A DNA stretch of 64,000 nucleotides from contig CAXXHB010000003.1 in assembly GCA_963664815.2 (NCBI GenBank), forward strand, positions 2,848,001 through 2,912,000, in the 5' to 3' direction. This document shows, one piece after another, positions 30,035 to 40,364 of this stretch. Each line of letters opens with the position of its first letter. Position 1 is the first letter of the stretch. Below the pieces are notes generated by a model that was not told where the DNA came from, ran no database searches, and saw nothing but the letters and a program-made list of their open reading frames with translations. This stretch comes from Spirochaetota bacterium (lineage in GTDB: Bacteria; Spirochaetota; UBA4802; UBA5550). The translations under genes were made by a program, and so were the position numbers.

Positions 30035-32497
30035 ATGAAGCAAACTGAAATATCCTCAATAAAATCCAGGCTAATGAGAAATTTTATACTATGCTTTCTT
30101 GTTTACCCACTGCTCATGTTAAGTGTGATAATAGTAAGTACAAATATCATTGAAATGAAAAAGATATTATTACTTATGACTCTAATCAGTATCCCTGTTA
30201 TATTAATCATTTTTTATATATACCACCTTATAACAAAAAAACTTCAATATCTAATTAATAATAATGTAACCGACAATGAGTCTTTGGCATTTGCAAAAAA
30301 AATTCCGATTTCTACAACATTTCTTTTTTTTATCCCACTCTTTTTCTGTTCAATAATTGTTTCGGTTATCTCTTACATACAGGGAATCCTCGTTACACCC
30401 TTTCAACTTTTATTTTTCATCATTATTGATATACTTATAGCAATCTGCGTCACACTATTTCATTACTACAGATTTAAAATAATACTCTACCCGATTACCA
30501 GCGCTAATCAACTGAAATCACTTGCTGTCTTTGAAAAAATTATGGTACCTATTCTCAGCTTCATAATGCTTGTATTAATTTACGTCTTTGTTGGTATTTA
30601 TGCCGTCAATGTTAACCGTACAATATCTTACTATAAAAAATCAACCGCCTCTGATACTGAGATAATGGCTTTAAAAATTGATAATACGTTTGACAATATA
30701 TCAATTGAACTAAGCTCCTACATCAAAAACATCAATCCCGAAAGTCTTTCTCTGAAAGCTTCATTCTCTGCTGCACAGGGGTTCTATGCCGCTAAAATCA
30801 ACAAAAACATTGAAACTATTTTATTATCAAAAACAAATGGAGAATCATACACAAACTTGACTAATATTATCAATCTTTCGGATAGACAATATTTTAAAGA
30901 TATGACAGAAAACAAATCAATATCATGGTCTTCAGAACTAATAAAAAGCAAAGATACCGGAAATAAAATATTGGTATGTGCTGTTCCAAAATTAATTAAT
31001 AATAAATTTTCGGGATCTATTGCAGCAACAATTAACACTGAAAACATACAGCAAATAGTTAATGAATCAAGCAGTAATGAAGAAACCAAGTATATGCTTA
31101 TCAACAGTCTGGGTAAAATTATATACCATCCGGACCCAATGCTTATCGATAAAGTTCTTGGGGTGGATCTTACGGATAAGAATGGAAAGGATTTAAAAAA
31201 TTTTGTTTCAGGTTCCGACAAAGAATTTCACCATTTTATAATAAATAACAAACCTCTTCTTGCCAGAAAAATAAAATTGCCCTCCACCGGATATTTTCTC
31301 GTATCTATAAGTTATGAAAATTATCTTATGAAACCTGTTAACTCCACAATTATCAGTATCATATTTTTCATCCTCTTTAATAATATAATTGCATTTATTA
31401 TCATTTACAAATCGGGGAAAAGTTTCTCTGTCCCGATACAAAACACAATAAGTATATTCAGAAAACTCTCAAATGGGGATCTTACTTCAAGAAGTAACGA
31501 TTACCTTCATGATGAATTCGGTGACATGATAAGGAATATGAAAATTTTCCAGGATAAAATAAAACAAGTCGTTGAACAGACTATGCATGCCTCCGTACAA
31601 CTTGCATCATCAGCTGATGAGCTGGCAGCCACAAGTTCCAACCTTTCAGAGGGTGCTCAATCACAGGCTGCAGCTCTTGAAGAAGCCACCGCATCACTTG
31701 AAGAGATTTCGGCATCAAATGATATGATAGCTGAAAATTCACGCCTTCAGTCCAGTCATTCAAAAGAAACATATAATACTATGGAAGAGCTTGGTACTTT
31801 TATAATATCCGTTAATAACGACGCACTCTCCGCTCTTAAAGTAGCAAATGTCACAACAAACGAGGCAAAAAAGGGTAATGATCTCATGCAGAATACAATC
31901 AAAGGAATAAACAGCATAGAGGAGAATTCCCTGAAAATTGCCGAAATGGTGACCATGATAAGTGATATATCTGACAGAGTAAACCTGCTGGCTTTAAACG
32001 CAGCAATAGAAGCGGCACGTGCAGGGGAACATGGCAGGGGTTTTGCTGTGGTTGCGGATGAAATAGGGAAACTTGCAGACCAGACAGCGGATTCAGCAAA
32101 AAACATAACTGGACTGGTTACAAACGGTGTAAACTCAGCCAAACAAGGGATTCATGATATCAGTGAAACTTCAAGAGCACTTGAGAATATCATTAACTAT
32201 ATCAATAACACAAAAGAACTTGTCCAAAAAATTGCAGATTCAACCGACGAACAAACAAGGGCCAGTAAAAAAGTAGTTGATGCTACAAAACAGGTCATGG
32301 ATATGTCTGACAGCATTTCAAATGCAACACACGAGCAAACAACAGCCTATCAGGAAATATCCAATACTATGAACCAGATAAATGAACAGACACAATCACA
32401 GGCCTCCGGTGCGGAAGAAATTGCATCATCTGCCGAAGAGATCAGTGCACAGGCAGAGAGTATAAAGTCTTTACTTGAATTTTTCAAAATAAACTGA
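30035..32497 (+). CDS. Methyl-accepting chemotaxis protein (multi-TM N-terminus, dCache, HAMP, signalling domain)
   Basis: [28 protein letters not shown] hairpin, DRQYFK and YHPD Cache motifs, DEFG HAMP. Confidence 0.95.
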   Translation: MKQTEISSIKSRLMRNFILCFLVYPLLMLSVIIVSTNIIEMKKILLLMTLISIPVILIIFYIYHLITKKLQYLINNNVTDNESLAFAKKIPISTTFLFFIPLFFCSIIVSVISYIQGILVTPFQLLFFIIIDILIAICVTLFHYYRFKIILYPITSANQLKSLAVFEKIMVPILSFIMLVLIYVFVGIYAVNVNRTISYYKKSTASDTEIMALKIDNTFDNISIELSSYIKNINPESLSLKASFSAAQGFYAAKINKNIETILLSKTNGESYTNLTNIINLSDRQYFKDMTENKSISWSSELIKSKDTGNKILVCAVPKLINNKFSGSIAATINTENIQQIVNESSSNEETKYMLINSLGKIIYHPDPMLIDKVLGVDLTDKNGKDLKNFVSGSDKEFHHFIINNKPLLARKIKLPSTGYFLVSISYENYLMKPVNSTIISIIFFILFNNIIAFIIIYKSGKSFSVPIQNTISIFRKLSNGDLTSRSNDYLHDEFGDMIRNMKIFQDKIKQVVEQTMHASVQLASSADELAATSSNLSEGAQSQAAALEEATASLEEISASNDMIAENSRLQSSHSKETYNTMEELGTFIISVNNDALSALKVANVTTNEAKKGNDLMQNTIKGINSIEENSLKIAEMVTMISDISDRVNLLALNAAIEAARAGEHGRGFAVVADEIGKLADQTADSAKNITGLVTNGVNSAKQGIHDISETSRALENIINYINNTKELVQKIADSTDEQTRASKKVVDATKQVMDMSDSISNATHEQTTAYQEISNTMNQINEQTQSQASGAEEIASSAEEISAQAESIKSLLEFFKIN

Positions 32498-32845
32498 TTT
32501 TTATTAAGTTTAATAAAATTGAAGAATTTAAAAATATATAAAAACTTATTATAAATACCTTGACCTCCAATATTAAATTTATTTTTTTTATAATTTAATA
32601 ATAAATCTATCACTTTATAAGACAGTTTTATGATTTTATAGATAAAACAACTTGTTAGTCCCGTGTAAAAATTCCGTTTTTTATAAATTATATATTCGTA
32701 ATTATTTCTTAAAAAATAACAGAAAGATTGATATTTAAAAATATAATTTATAAATTGTACATATAAAATATGTTTTAAATTTATGATGTTTTAATCCCTG
32801 TAATTTTCGGGATAATAATTTTATTAAATAACTGGAGTTCAACTG

Positions 32846-33919
32846 ATGAAGAAACTATTATTTATTTTTATTCTTTTTCTTCCTGTTTATGTTTTTGCTG
32901 GAACATATGATGATATGGCAAAAGAGCTTATAAGTAAAATTCCGGCGAAAGACAAAACAAAAGTTCTCGCGGTAATGCCATTTTCAGCAGATAAGGAATT
33001 TTCTTCAGAAGCTGGTTTAGCCACTGAAGAAATGACAAAAGCTTTAATAAACGCCGGGGCAACTGTTTCTGAAAGAAGCCAGATCGACAAGATATTAAAA
33101 GAGCAGGAGCTTCAGCAGGTAGGTTTGCTTACAAATCAGGATGCAGGTGAAGTTGGCCAGGGTCTTGGAGCTAAATATGTTATTCTCGGTTCAGTAACAA
33201 AAATAGATAAATTCGGTGAACAGGGGAACATCGGGCTGAAGATTAATGTAAAGCTTGTGGTATCAGCTAATTATAAGGTTTTAGCAGCTTCATCCATCGA
33301 TGTAGCAGCAGGGGACGCCTCCTCCAGGTATAAACGAAAAGAACCCAGAAAAGCCGCTGAATACCCTCAATTCCTTGAAGTATTCGGTGGACCCACTTTT
33401 TTAAAATACTCTGGTAAATATGATGATAATAAAGTCAAAGATGAAAGACATACAGGTTTCTCCGCCGGTGCAAGATATATACATGAGAGTAAAGGTTTCT
33501 TCACAAGCGGCTGGGAATTTCTTTTTTCAACCCGTAAATTCGACGAAGACACCACATATAAGAGATTCGAAGTATACCAGTTAAGCTGGATCCCTACAAT
33601 CCGGATACCTCTATGGGCTTATTTTGATTCACTCCCGGATTATACAAGCCTGAGCTTTGCATACGCCTTCGGTTTAGGAATTGACCGGATGAAGTATATT
33701 GATAATAATGAGACAAAATACTCCAGGGGTTTTGGAGTATGTTCATCTCCAATTATTGGATTAAAGATTGGACTATCCGACTCAGTTGCATTTTTTGTTG
33801 ATGGGCGATATTTTCCACATCGATTAAACAATTTTTTAAGATATCCCGGAAATAATATTGATGTAAAAGAAGATACAATTGGACCGGCAGCTTATTTTGG
33901 TATTAGCCTTATGCCATAA
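32846..33919 (+). CDS. Secreted protein: CsgG/TolB-N-like domain fused to a probable outer-membrane beta-barrel
   Basis: Signal peptide; LAVMPF...ERSQIDKILKEQELQQVG...GLGAKYVILGSV; alternating aromatic/Gly strands in the C-terminal half. Confidence 0.7.
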   Translation: MKKLLFIFILFLPVYVFAGTYDDMAKELISKIPAKDKTKVLAVMPFSADKEFSSEAGLATEEMTKALINAGATVSERSQIDKILKEQELQQVGLLTNQDAGEVGQGLGAKYVILGSVTKIDKFGEQGNIGLKINVKLVVSANYKVLAASSIDVAAGDASSRYKRKEPRKAAEYPQFLEVFGGPTFLKYSGKYDDNKVKDERHTGFSAGARYIHESKGFFTSGWEFLFSTRKFDEDTTYKRFEVYQLSWIPTIRIPLWAYFDSLPDYTSLSFAYAFGLGIDRMKYIDNNETKYSRGFGVCSSPIIGLKIGLSDSVAFFVDGRYFPHRLNNFLRYPGNNIDVKEDTIGPAAYFGISLMP

Positions 33920-33999
33920 TTACCAGTGTACAACAATCTGCATCAGGATGGAAAAAACAGCCTGCTGCAGATTACTTTTTGCCGGATATTAAAAATGTG

Positions 34000-34275
34000 T
34001 TATTCCCTTCCTTCAAGCGCTTTATTAAGTAAGGAGGTTACCACTTCATTAATTCCGGTTTTTTCTTTTATTGCAATGTTTTGAATTTGCTGCACCAGAT
34101 CAATGTTCAACTTGACAGCGAAAGGAACAAGCCCTTTCGCCTGATCGATTTTACGCTGTTCACGTTTATCAATAATTTTTGTAACTTCCTTGTTAAATGA
34201 AACTGCTCCGCCCGGCGTCTTAATTTTGTTATTAATTTTATTTCCTATTGATTTTTCAAGATCCGTTCTTTTCAT
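34000..34275 (-). CDS. Small protein with a C-terminal ribbon-helix-helix-like motif
   Basis: VPFAVKLNIDLVQQIQNIAIKEKTGINEVVTSLLNKAL fits the RHH strand-helix-helix pattern. Confidence 0.65.
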   Translation of the reverse strand: MKRTDLEKSIGNKINNKIKTPGGAVSFNKEVTKIIDKREQRKIDQAKGLVPFAVKLNIDLVQQIQNIAIKEKTGINEVVTSLLNKALEGRE

Positions 34276-34533
34276 TTCTTATTCCTTTATTATTCTAAAT
34301 AATAACCTCATGAGATATAATCATATTTATAGAATAAAACCCATTAATTTTTTTATTATTATAATTTAATTATAGCTACTTCCAGTAGCTATATAATGCA
34401 TATGATGACGGAAATGTATTCTGTAACGTCAATATCAATTTGTTTTTACAAATACACCTTTGATATAAATTTCATTAAGCTGAATATGGAGAGTTGAAGC
34501 TGAGATGTATGATAAGTAACTCAGCAGAATAAC

Positions 34534-34854
34534 TTATCTGATATTCAGGAAAATAAGTCCGGCTATTGCTAAAATTCCTGAAAAAATTGGGGTCAATCTT
34601 ATTTTATCAGTCTTTCTTTTCATTCTGGTCAAATTAAAAAATACACCCGAGACACTCAGAAAGACAAGAAAAATAAAAAGACCATAGATAACATAACCAC
34701 CTGCTCCCTTTAAACTAAAACGGTCAACTCCTGAAGCATCATGATTCCCAACAGCAAAAATTATAAATATTGTGCATAGTATTATCCAGGACAAAAGAGA
34801 AATCCCTGTTATTATATTCATTATTGTATCAGGCCCTATTCTTCTATTTTTCAT
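34534..34854 (-). CDS. Small membrane protein (3 TM)
   Basis: NRRIGPD N-terminus, three hydrophobic segments, RMKRKTD loop; GAGG RBS. Confidence 0.7.
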   Translation of the reverse strand: MKNRRIGPDTIMNIITGISLLSWIILCTIFIIFAVGNHDASGVDRFSLKGAGGYVIYGLFIFLVFLSVSGVFFNLTRMKRKTDKIRLTPIFSGILAIAGLIFLNIR

Positions 34855-35006
34855 TTAATAGCCTCGGATTACTACAATTTTAATTCATTGCATTATAGTA
34901 TAATCCCAGATTATTATTACAACATGAATATTAATCAAATTAAAATTAAATATTATGTTTATCAAATTATTTCATCAGAAACTGAATGAAATATAATAGA
35001 AAATTC

Positions 35007-36074
35007 TCAGTTTTCAGGTAAACTGAAATAAAAAACTACATATTCACCCTGAACAGAATCAATCCACACTCTGCCCGCATGTTTTTCTATGATTTTTTTA
35101 CAGATATAGAGTCCTAACCCCGAACCTTTAATTCCTTCTGTTCCTTTCTGTTTTAATCTTCCGAATTTTGCGAAAAGCTTTGTTTCAGCATCATCTTTTG
35201 ATATCCCCACACCCTGATTATATATGGAGAAGATTATTTCATGGTCTTTTTCGAAAACAGAGATTTTAACTTCAGTTCCGTTACGTCCATATTTAATAGC
35301 GTTGTTAACAAAATTGGTTACAACTATCTGCAAAAGGTTTGGGTCCCCATGAATTTCAGGATGTATCTGATAATCAGTTACAACTGGCATATTTTTCAGA
35401 TTTGATGAGTATTCGGGTATTTCAAGAACAGGTTTAACTACATCATTAATGAAATCTATTTTCTGATTAAAGGATTCCATGTCATCCAGTTCCATTTTTG
35501 ACAAATCTATATAGCTTCGTATAATATCTTCAAGATACTGACAGTTCCTTATGATTGTTTCCAGTATTTCTTTCTGTTTTGGTTCTATATTGCCAAAGTA
35601 TCCCTTGGCAAGCGTCTGAGCCGTGGTATGAACAACTGCAACAGGGCTTTTAAGTTCATGAGAAACAATTGCCATTAAATCCAGCATATTTGTCTCGCTG
35701 TTTTCACTCGATTTGATTGCGTTATGTATTACATCCCGGAATTCATCCGGTGTAAACGGTTTGGGTATATAATCAAAAGCTCCCATTTTCAATGCTTCCC
35801 GAGCGGTCTCTGCAGTGGCAAATCCCGTAAAAATTACTACTTTAACATCAAGTTTTCTTTCTTTTACTGAACGAAGAACATCAATTCCGCTCATTCCAGG
35901 CATCATCAGGTCTGTAATAATCAAATCGTATTTTTCCTGATCAACCTTTATAAGGCCATCTTCTCCGGAATAAACAGTCTCTATATGATAATCCTCTCCT
36001 CTGAGAATTCTCAGGCAGCTTTTTAAAACAATATCTTCGTCATCTATTATCAGTATTTTTATCTGCTTATTCAT
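35007..36074 (-). CDS. Hybrid REC-HisKA-HATPase histidine kinase
   Basis: ILIIDDE...TDLMMPG...YIPKPF receiver; VSHELKSP H-box; NNAIKY; GSGLGL. Confidence 0.92.
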   Translation of the reverse strand: MNKQIKILIIDDEDIVLKSCLRILRGEDYHIETVYSGEDGLIKVDQEKYDLIITDLMMPGMSGIDVLRSVKERKLDVKVVIFTGFATAETAREALKMGAFDYIPKPFTPDEFRDVIHNAIKSSENSETNMLDLMAIVSHELKSPVAVVHTTAQTLAKGYFGNIEPKQKEILETIIRNCQYLEDIIRSYIDLSKMELDDMESFNQKIDFINDVVKPVLEIPEYSSNLKNMPVVTDYQIHPEIHGDPNLLQIVVTNFVNNAIKYGRNGTEVKISVFEKDHEIIFSIYNQGVGISKDDAETKLFAKFGRLKQKGTEGIKGSGLGLYICKKIIEKHAGRVWIDSVQGEYVVFYFSLPEN

Positions 36075-36178
36075 GGCTGATCACCGGTAACATTTTTTCT
36101 AATTAGTTATTCTTAATAAGTAAGTCGCCCTATATCTAATAAAACTAAATTCTTTAATTCTTTTACAAAAAGTGAATA

Positions 36179-36218
36179 TGATTGATAAAATGATACCAAA
36201 GTATCATTTTATCAATCA
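36179..36218. terminator. 18-bp perfect inverted repeat after the hydrogenase/response-regulator operon (terminator or operator)
   Basis: TGATTGATAAAATGATAC-caaa-GTATCATTTTATCAATCA. Confidence 0.5.
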
Positions 36219-36237
36219 AAATTCAAACCACTTTATT

Positions 36238-36639
36238 CTATACAAATTTTTTTATCTTTTCAATAAGCTCATCAATATCCACAGGCTTAGTGAGAAAATC
36301 GCTTATATTTGGTAAAAAACTCTGTTCCGCATTAAGAGAAAAACGGGAATTAGTTACCTGATCAATAGCGGTAAGCATTATTATAGGAATGTCTTTAACT
36401 ACCGCATACTTTGATCCTTCTCTTTTACTGCGAATCTGATAGACAGCTTCAAAACCGGCCGTATCTGTTTCCATCATAACGTCAAAGACAACAAGATCAG
36501 GCTTGTCAGAAAGTACTTTTTTCAATCCCTCTGTACCGCTAAATGCTTCAATAACATCAAGATTATTCATTTTAAGCGCCTGCGCCAGAGTAGCGACAAG
36601 ATCTTTATCGTCATCAACAAGAAGTATTTTTTTCGACAT
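36238..36639 (-). CDS. Single-domain response regulator
   Basis: ILLVDDD, FDVMME, IIMLTA and FLTKP; GAGGAG RBS directly after the small-subunit gene. Confidence 0.92.
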   Translation of the reverse strand: MSKKILLVDDDKDLVATLAQALKMNNLDVIEAFSGTEGLKKVLSDKPDLVVFDVMMETDTAGFEAVYQIRSKREGSKYAVVKDIPIIMLTAIDQVTNSRFSLNAEQSFLPNISDFLTKPVDIDELIEKIKKFV

Positions 36640-36651
36640 AGTCACTCCTCC

Positions 36652-37182
36652 TCAATTATCCAGCATTTTATAAATGACGTTTCTGTTTTCCCATGCTTTA
36701 TTCCTTTCGTAAACATCTATCGGGAATTCCATCTGCTTAAGCTCAACAGGCGCAACCTGTTTATCAACAAGTCCAAGCGCAAGAGCAACACCATATATTA
36801 TAGCTTCCGGTCTTGGAGGACATCCCGGGATGAAATAGTTTACAGGAACAACACCAGTCGCTCCACCGGTAACATTATAAGTATCAAACCAGCAGCCGCC
36901 GCCTGTTGCACATGAACCTATTCCGAAAACAAGCTTCGGATTAGGGAGAGCATCATAAGCTTTCTTTACCAGGGGAAGCGTCGGTCTTGTAACCGCCCCG
37001 GAAAGAAGCATAACATCCGCATGTCTGGGAGAAGCAACAAGCTTCATCCCGAACCTTTCAACGTCATAATAAGGAGTAAGGACGTTGAGTATCTCTATAT
37101 CACAGCCATTACACGCGCCTGTATTACAGTGGTAAATCCATAATGACTTGCCGAATATTTTCTTTGAAAGATTCGTAAACAT
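36652..37182 (-). CDS. hycG: Group 4 [NiFe]-hydrogenase small subunit (HycG/NuoB-like)
   Basis: GACNGCDIE, SPRHAD, GSCA and IPGCPPRP. Confidence 0.9.
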   Translation of the reverse strand: MFTNLSKKIFGKSLWIYHCNTGACNGCDIEILNVLTPYYDVERFGMKLVASPRHADVMLLSGAVTRPTLPLVKKAYDALPNPKLVFGIGSCATGGGCWFDTYNVTGGATGVVPVNYFIPGCPPRPEAIIYGVALALGLVDKQVAPVELKQMEFPIDVYERNKAWENRNVIYKMLDN

Positions 37183-37184
37183 AC

Positions 37185-37730
37185 CTATTCTCCTAATTTC
37201 GCAGGTCTTTTATAGTTTGCAGTTTTCTTCAGCATCTCTGTATCGAAATGATCAGTTGTCTGTCTTATTAATGCCCGCGCTTCGATGTTATCATATCTGT
37301 ATCCGAAAAGATCCAGTCTGTCTATCATATTCTTATTTTCCATATCGTAACATCTTCCACATCTCTGGCATGTAAGCATAAAGAGTTCCATGCTTTCAGT
37401 CAAATCCTGTTTATCTCCTGTTGCTGTTTCAAACTTGTCAGTCATAGTTATAGCTTTTTCAGGACAAACATCGGCACATCTTCCGCAGTATGTACATCTC
37501 GATGCATCATAAACCATCAGCCTTATTTCCTGACATATGTCCCGCACTAATATTGTTCTGGCAGGGCAATGATTCGCACACCCTCCGCAACCGATACACT
37601 TTTCATGATCCCAGTATGGCATTCCCCGGAAATTTTCAGGTACAGGAACTTTTTCAAACGGATAGTTCAGAGTAACCACGCCCGGCTTCATTACCATTAA
37701 GACCTGTTTTATTTTACTTGTGAGCCACAT
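37185..37730 (-). CDS. hycF: Hydrogenase 2x[4Fe-4S] subunit (HycF/NuoI-like)
   Basis: TLNYPF...FRG, CIGCGGCANHCP, CTYCGRCADVCP and an extra CQRCG. Confidence 0.85.
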   Translation of the reverse strand: MWLTSKIKQVLMVMKPGVVTLNYPFEKVPVPENFRGMPYWDHEKCIGCGGCANHCPARTILVRDICQEIRLMVYDASRCTYCGRCADVCPEKAITMTDKFETATGDKQDLTESMELFMLTCQRCGRCYDMENKNMIDRLDLFGYRYDNIEARALIRQTTDHFDTEMLKKTANYKRPAKLGE

Positions 37731-37747
37731 AGTTTTCCTCCTTCTCC

Positions 37748-38647
37748 TTATATCCCGTACACTGATAAGCCTACAGCAACCAATGCTACAATTATAAGTG
37801 AAACATAATATTTCACAGCCTGGTCAATCCTGAGCCTCGGATTCGTCGAACCTATCAGAGCAATAAATACATAGACGCACGCTATTTCCATAAGCTGTAT
37901 AACTAAATCCAGAGCGTAAATCCCTGTATAAAGAAACGGTATGAAAACAAGGACAAATAACGCCGCATAAAACATCTGTTTCAACATCATTGAATATTTA
38001 AAAAGCGCATAGTTGGGGCCGCTATATTCAATAAATGGCCCTTCAAGTATTTCCTGTTCCGCCTCTGCTATATCAAAAGGCAACTTACCGACAAAAGCCT
38101 GTAAAGCCATCAGGTAGAGTACCAGCATAATTACTACTGCCCAGCTATAACCGTTATTCATTACGCTGAAAATAACATCATCAATACCAAGACTCTTTAC
38201 CTTTACAGCGCCGACAAAAAATGTCATCGCCAGAACAGGTTCCACAAGAATCATAGTAATCATCTCCCTGCTCGCACCCATCAGAGCAAATGTATTCTTG
38301 CTCGCTAACGCTCCGATAAGAATTGATACTCCTCCGAGAACAAGAAGATAAATTATTGTTATAACATCCCCGTATCCCGTCATGAAATTTGCCTTATATC
38401 CAAGCGGAATAAAACAAATTACCGTGAGAACTGCTGCGAAAGACATCATTGGAGCAATTTTGAAAGCCCAGTTACCGACATTAAAATTTTCTTTTCCCAG
38501 AAGCTTGATTATATCGTAGTAGGGCTGAATTACCGGCGGACCCATCCTCGACTGAACCTTTGCCGTGATTTTTCTTACAATACCCTCAAACAGAGGTGCA
38601 AGAGCAAGGAATATAACAAGGTTGATCAAAACATATACTATATCCAT
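37748..38647 (-). CDS. hycD: Hydrogenase membrane subunit (HycD/NuoH-like)
   Basis: RKITAKVQSRMGPP, DIIKLLGKE, PFDIAEAEQE, EYSG and PRLRIDQ. Confidence 0.88.
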   Translation of the reverse strand: MDIVYVLINLVIFLALAPLFEGIVRKITAKVQSRMGPPVIQPYYDIIKLLGKENFNVGNWAFKIAPMMSFAAVLTVICFIPLGYKANFMTGYGDVITIIYLLVLGGVSILIGALASKNTFALMGASREMITMILVEPVLAMTFFVGAVKVKSLGIDDVIFSVMNNGYSWAVVIMLVLYLMALQAFVGKLPFDIAEAEQEILEGPFIEYSGPNYALFKYSMMLKQMFYAALFVLVFIPFLYTGIYALDLVIQLMEIACVYVFIALIGSTNPRLRIDQAVKYYVSLIIVALVAVGLSVYGI

Positions 38648-38659
38648 AATTCACTCCCC

Positions 38660-40330
38660 TCACTTATTACCGCGTGATATAAATTCTAATTCAGACTTTG
38701 TCATTAATCTGTTATTGCCGGATCCTACATTTATCACCTCTACTCTATCCGTACATGAAAAGCAGGGGTCGATGCTCCCTACAATAATCGGGAAGTCCGC
38801 AAACTGATTATTAAGCAGCATAGCTGGTATTGCCTGAAGATTCGGATATGTGGGGGCACGCACTCTCCACCTGTCGGGACGATTTTCCTCTCCAGTAATT
38901 ACGAAATGCACAGATTCACCCCTGGGAGCCTCGACTACAGAAATTCCCTGTTTAAGAGCAGGAATGGCTGCATCAAGTTCAGTTAGTATTGGTCCCGCTG
39001 GCATTTTATCAAGTATCTGACGCATAATGCTGATTGATTCGTATATCTCAAGTATTCTCACCAGAACAGTTCCCCAGACATCGCATGTGTCAACTACAGG
39101 AACATCAAACTTCAGTTCGCTGTATGCTGCATACGGGTGATCTCTTCTTGCGTCGATATCAACTCCCCTTGCCCTGGCAACCGGACCGACGAGGCTCCAC
39201 CTGATCGTTTCCTCTTTTGTTATACAGCCGACTCCTTTTGTTCTTTTATGTATCGCAGTGTCGCCTATAATTGATTTATGTATAACTCTTGTTTCCTCTT
39301 CTACTTTTTTAATCACATTGAGAATGTCAGCTGACAACTCTGCCGTTACATCACGTCTTACACCTCCGACAATGACCATACCGTAAGTTTTTCTGTTCCC
39401 GGTCATTCTTTCACTTAGCCACATCAGCTGTTCACGAACTCTCCATGCCTGCATAAATACAGTATCAAAACCGATAAGATGCCCTGCTACACCCAGCCAA
39501 AGCAGATGTGAATGGAGTCTTTCCAGTTCAAGTACAAGGCTTCGCAGGTATTTTGCCCTTTCAGGAACGGTTATTCCCGCAGCCATTTCCACCGACTGAG
39601 AGTATGCTGTGGCGTGCACTGAACCGCATATACCACAAATTCTTTCTGCGATAAATGGTATTTCGTTATAGCTTACCTGGCTTTCACAAAGTTTCTCAAT
39701 ACCACGGTGAGTCATAAATCCTCTGTAATCACAACCTTTTATCGTTTCACCGTCTACATATACTGCAAATAATGCAGGTTCATGAAGAGCGGTATGAAAC
39801 GGACCTACTGGCACCATAGATGTTCCTTCAGGACATTCATCAAGCTGATATGCAACGTCTTCCGCAGAGGGTGGAACCATGTTATATGGCACTTCCTTCC
39901 TCAGAGGAAACACGTCTGATGGCCAGTCGTCTGCTACAATAAGCTTTTTCGGTTTTGGATGTCCGGTAAATTTCATTCCGAGCAGATCCATATACTCACG
40001 CTCAGACCATCCTGCTCCCGGAATATCAGGAGTAATTGAGTCCATCACCGGATTATTCCCCGGCACAGCAGCCCTCAGAAGCAGAATAAAGTTGTCCCTG
40101 TCGAATCCGAAAGTATGCACAAGGCCTATATTACCATCACGTGCTATCTTGTCGTAACCTATACTTACAAGATATCTTCCGCCAAGTGCAACTATCTCGT
40201 TGGACACGTCTCTGACTTTATCAGTTTTAATATCTATAAACAATCTTGTGGCAACAGGAGATTCACTGTTTACAATACTGCTGCCGAATTTATCTTTTAG
40301 CGTCTTTAATACTCTTTCCAATGAGTTCAT
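38660..40330 (-). CDS. hycE: Group 4 [NiFe]-hydrogenase large subunit (HycE-type, NuoC/D-like fusion)
   Basis: N-terminal WSERE..DLLG..F.GHP domain; L1 ERICGICGSVH; L2 DPCFSCTDR followed by a cleavable C-terminal extension. Confidence 0.92.
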   Translation of the reverse strand: MNSLERVLKTLKDKFGSSIVNSESPVATRLFIDIKTDKVRDVSNEIVALGGRYLVSIGYDKIARDGNIGLVHTFGFDRDNFILLLRAAVPGNNPVMDSITPDIPGAGWSEREYMDLLGMKFTGHPKPKKLIVADDWPSDVFPLRKEVPYNMVPPSAEDVAYQLDECPEGTSMVPVGPFHTALHEPALFAVYVDGETIKGCDYRGFMTHRGIEKLCESQVSYNEIPFIAERICGICGSVHATAYSQSVEMAAGITVPERAKYLRSLVLELERLHSHLLWLGVAGHLIGFDTVFMQAWRVREQLMWLSERMTGNRKTYGMVIVGGVRRDVTAELSADILNVIKKVEEETRVIHKSIIGDTAIHKRTKGVGCITKEETIRWSLVGPVARARGVDIDARRDHPYAAYSELKFDVPVVDTCDVWGTVLVRILEIYESISIMRQILDKMPAGPILTELDAAIPALKQGISVVEAPRGESVHFVITGEENRPDRWRVRAPTYPNLQAIPAMLLNNQFADFPIIVGSIDPCFSCTDRVEVINVGSGNNRLMTKSELEFISRGNK

Positions 40331-40364
40331 AACTTTCCTCTCACCTTTAGTTTAGGAACCAACA

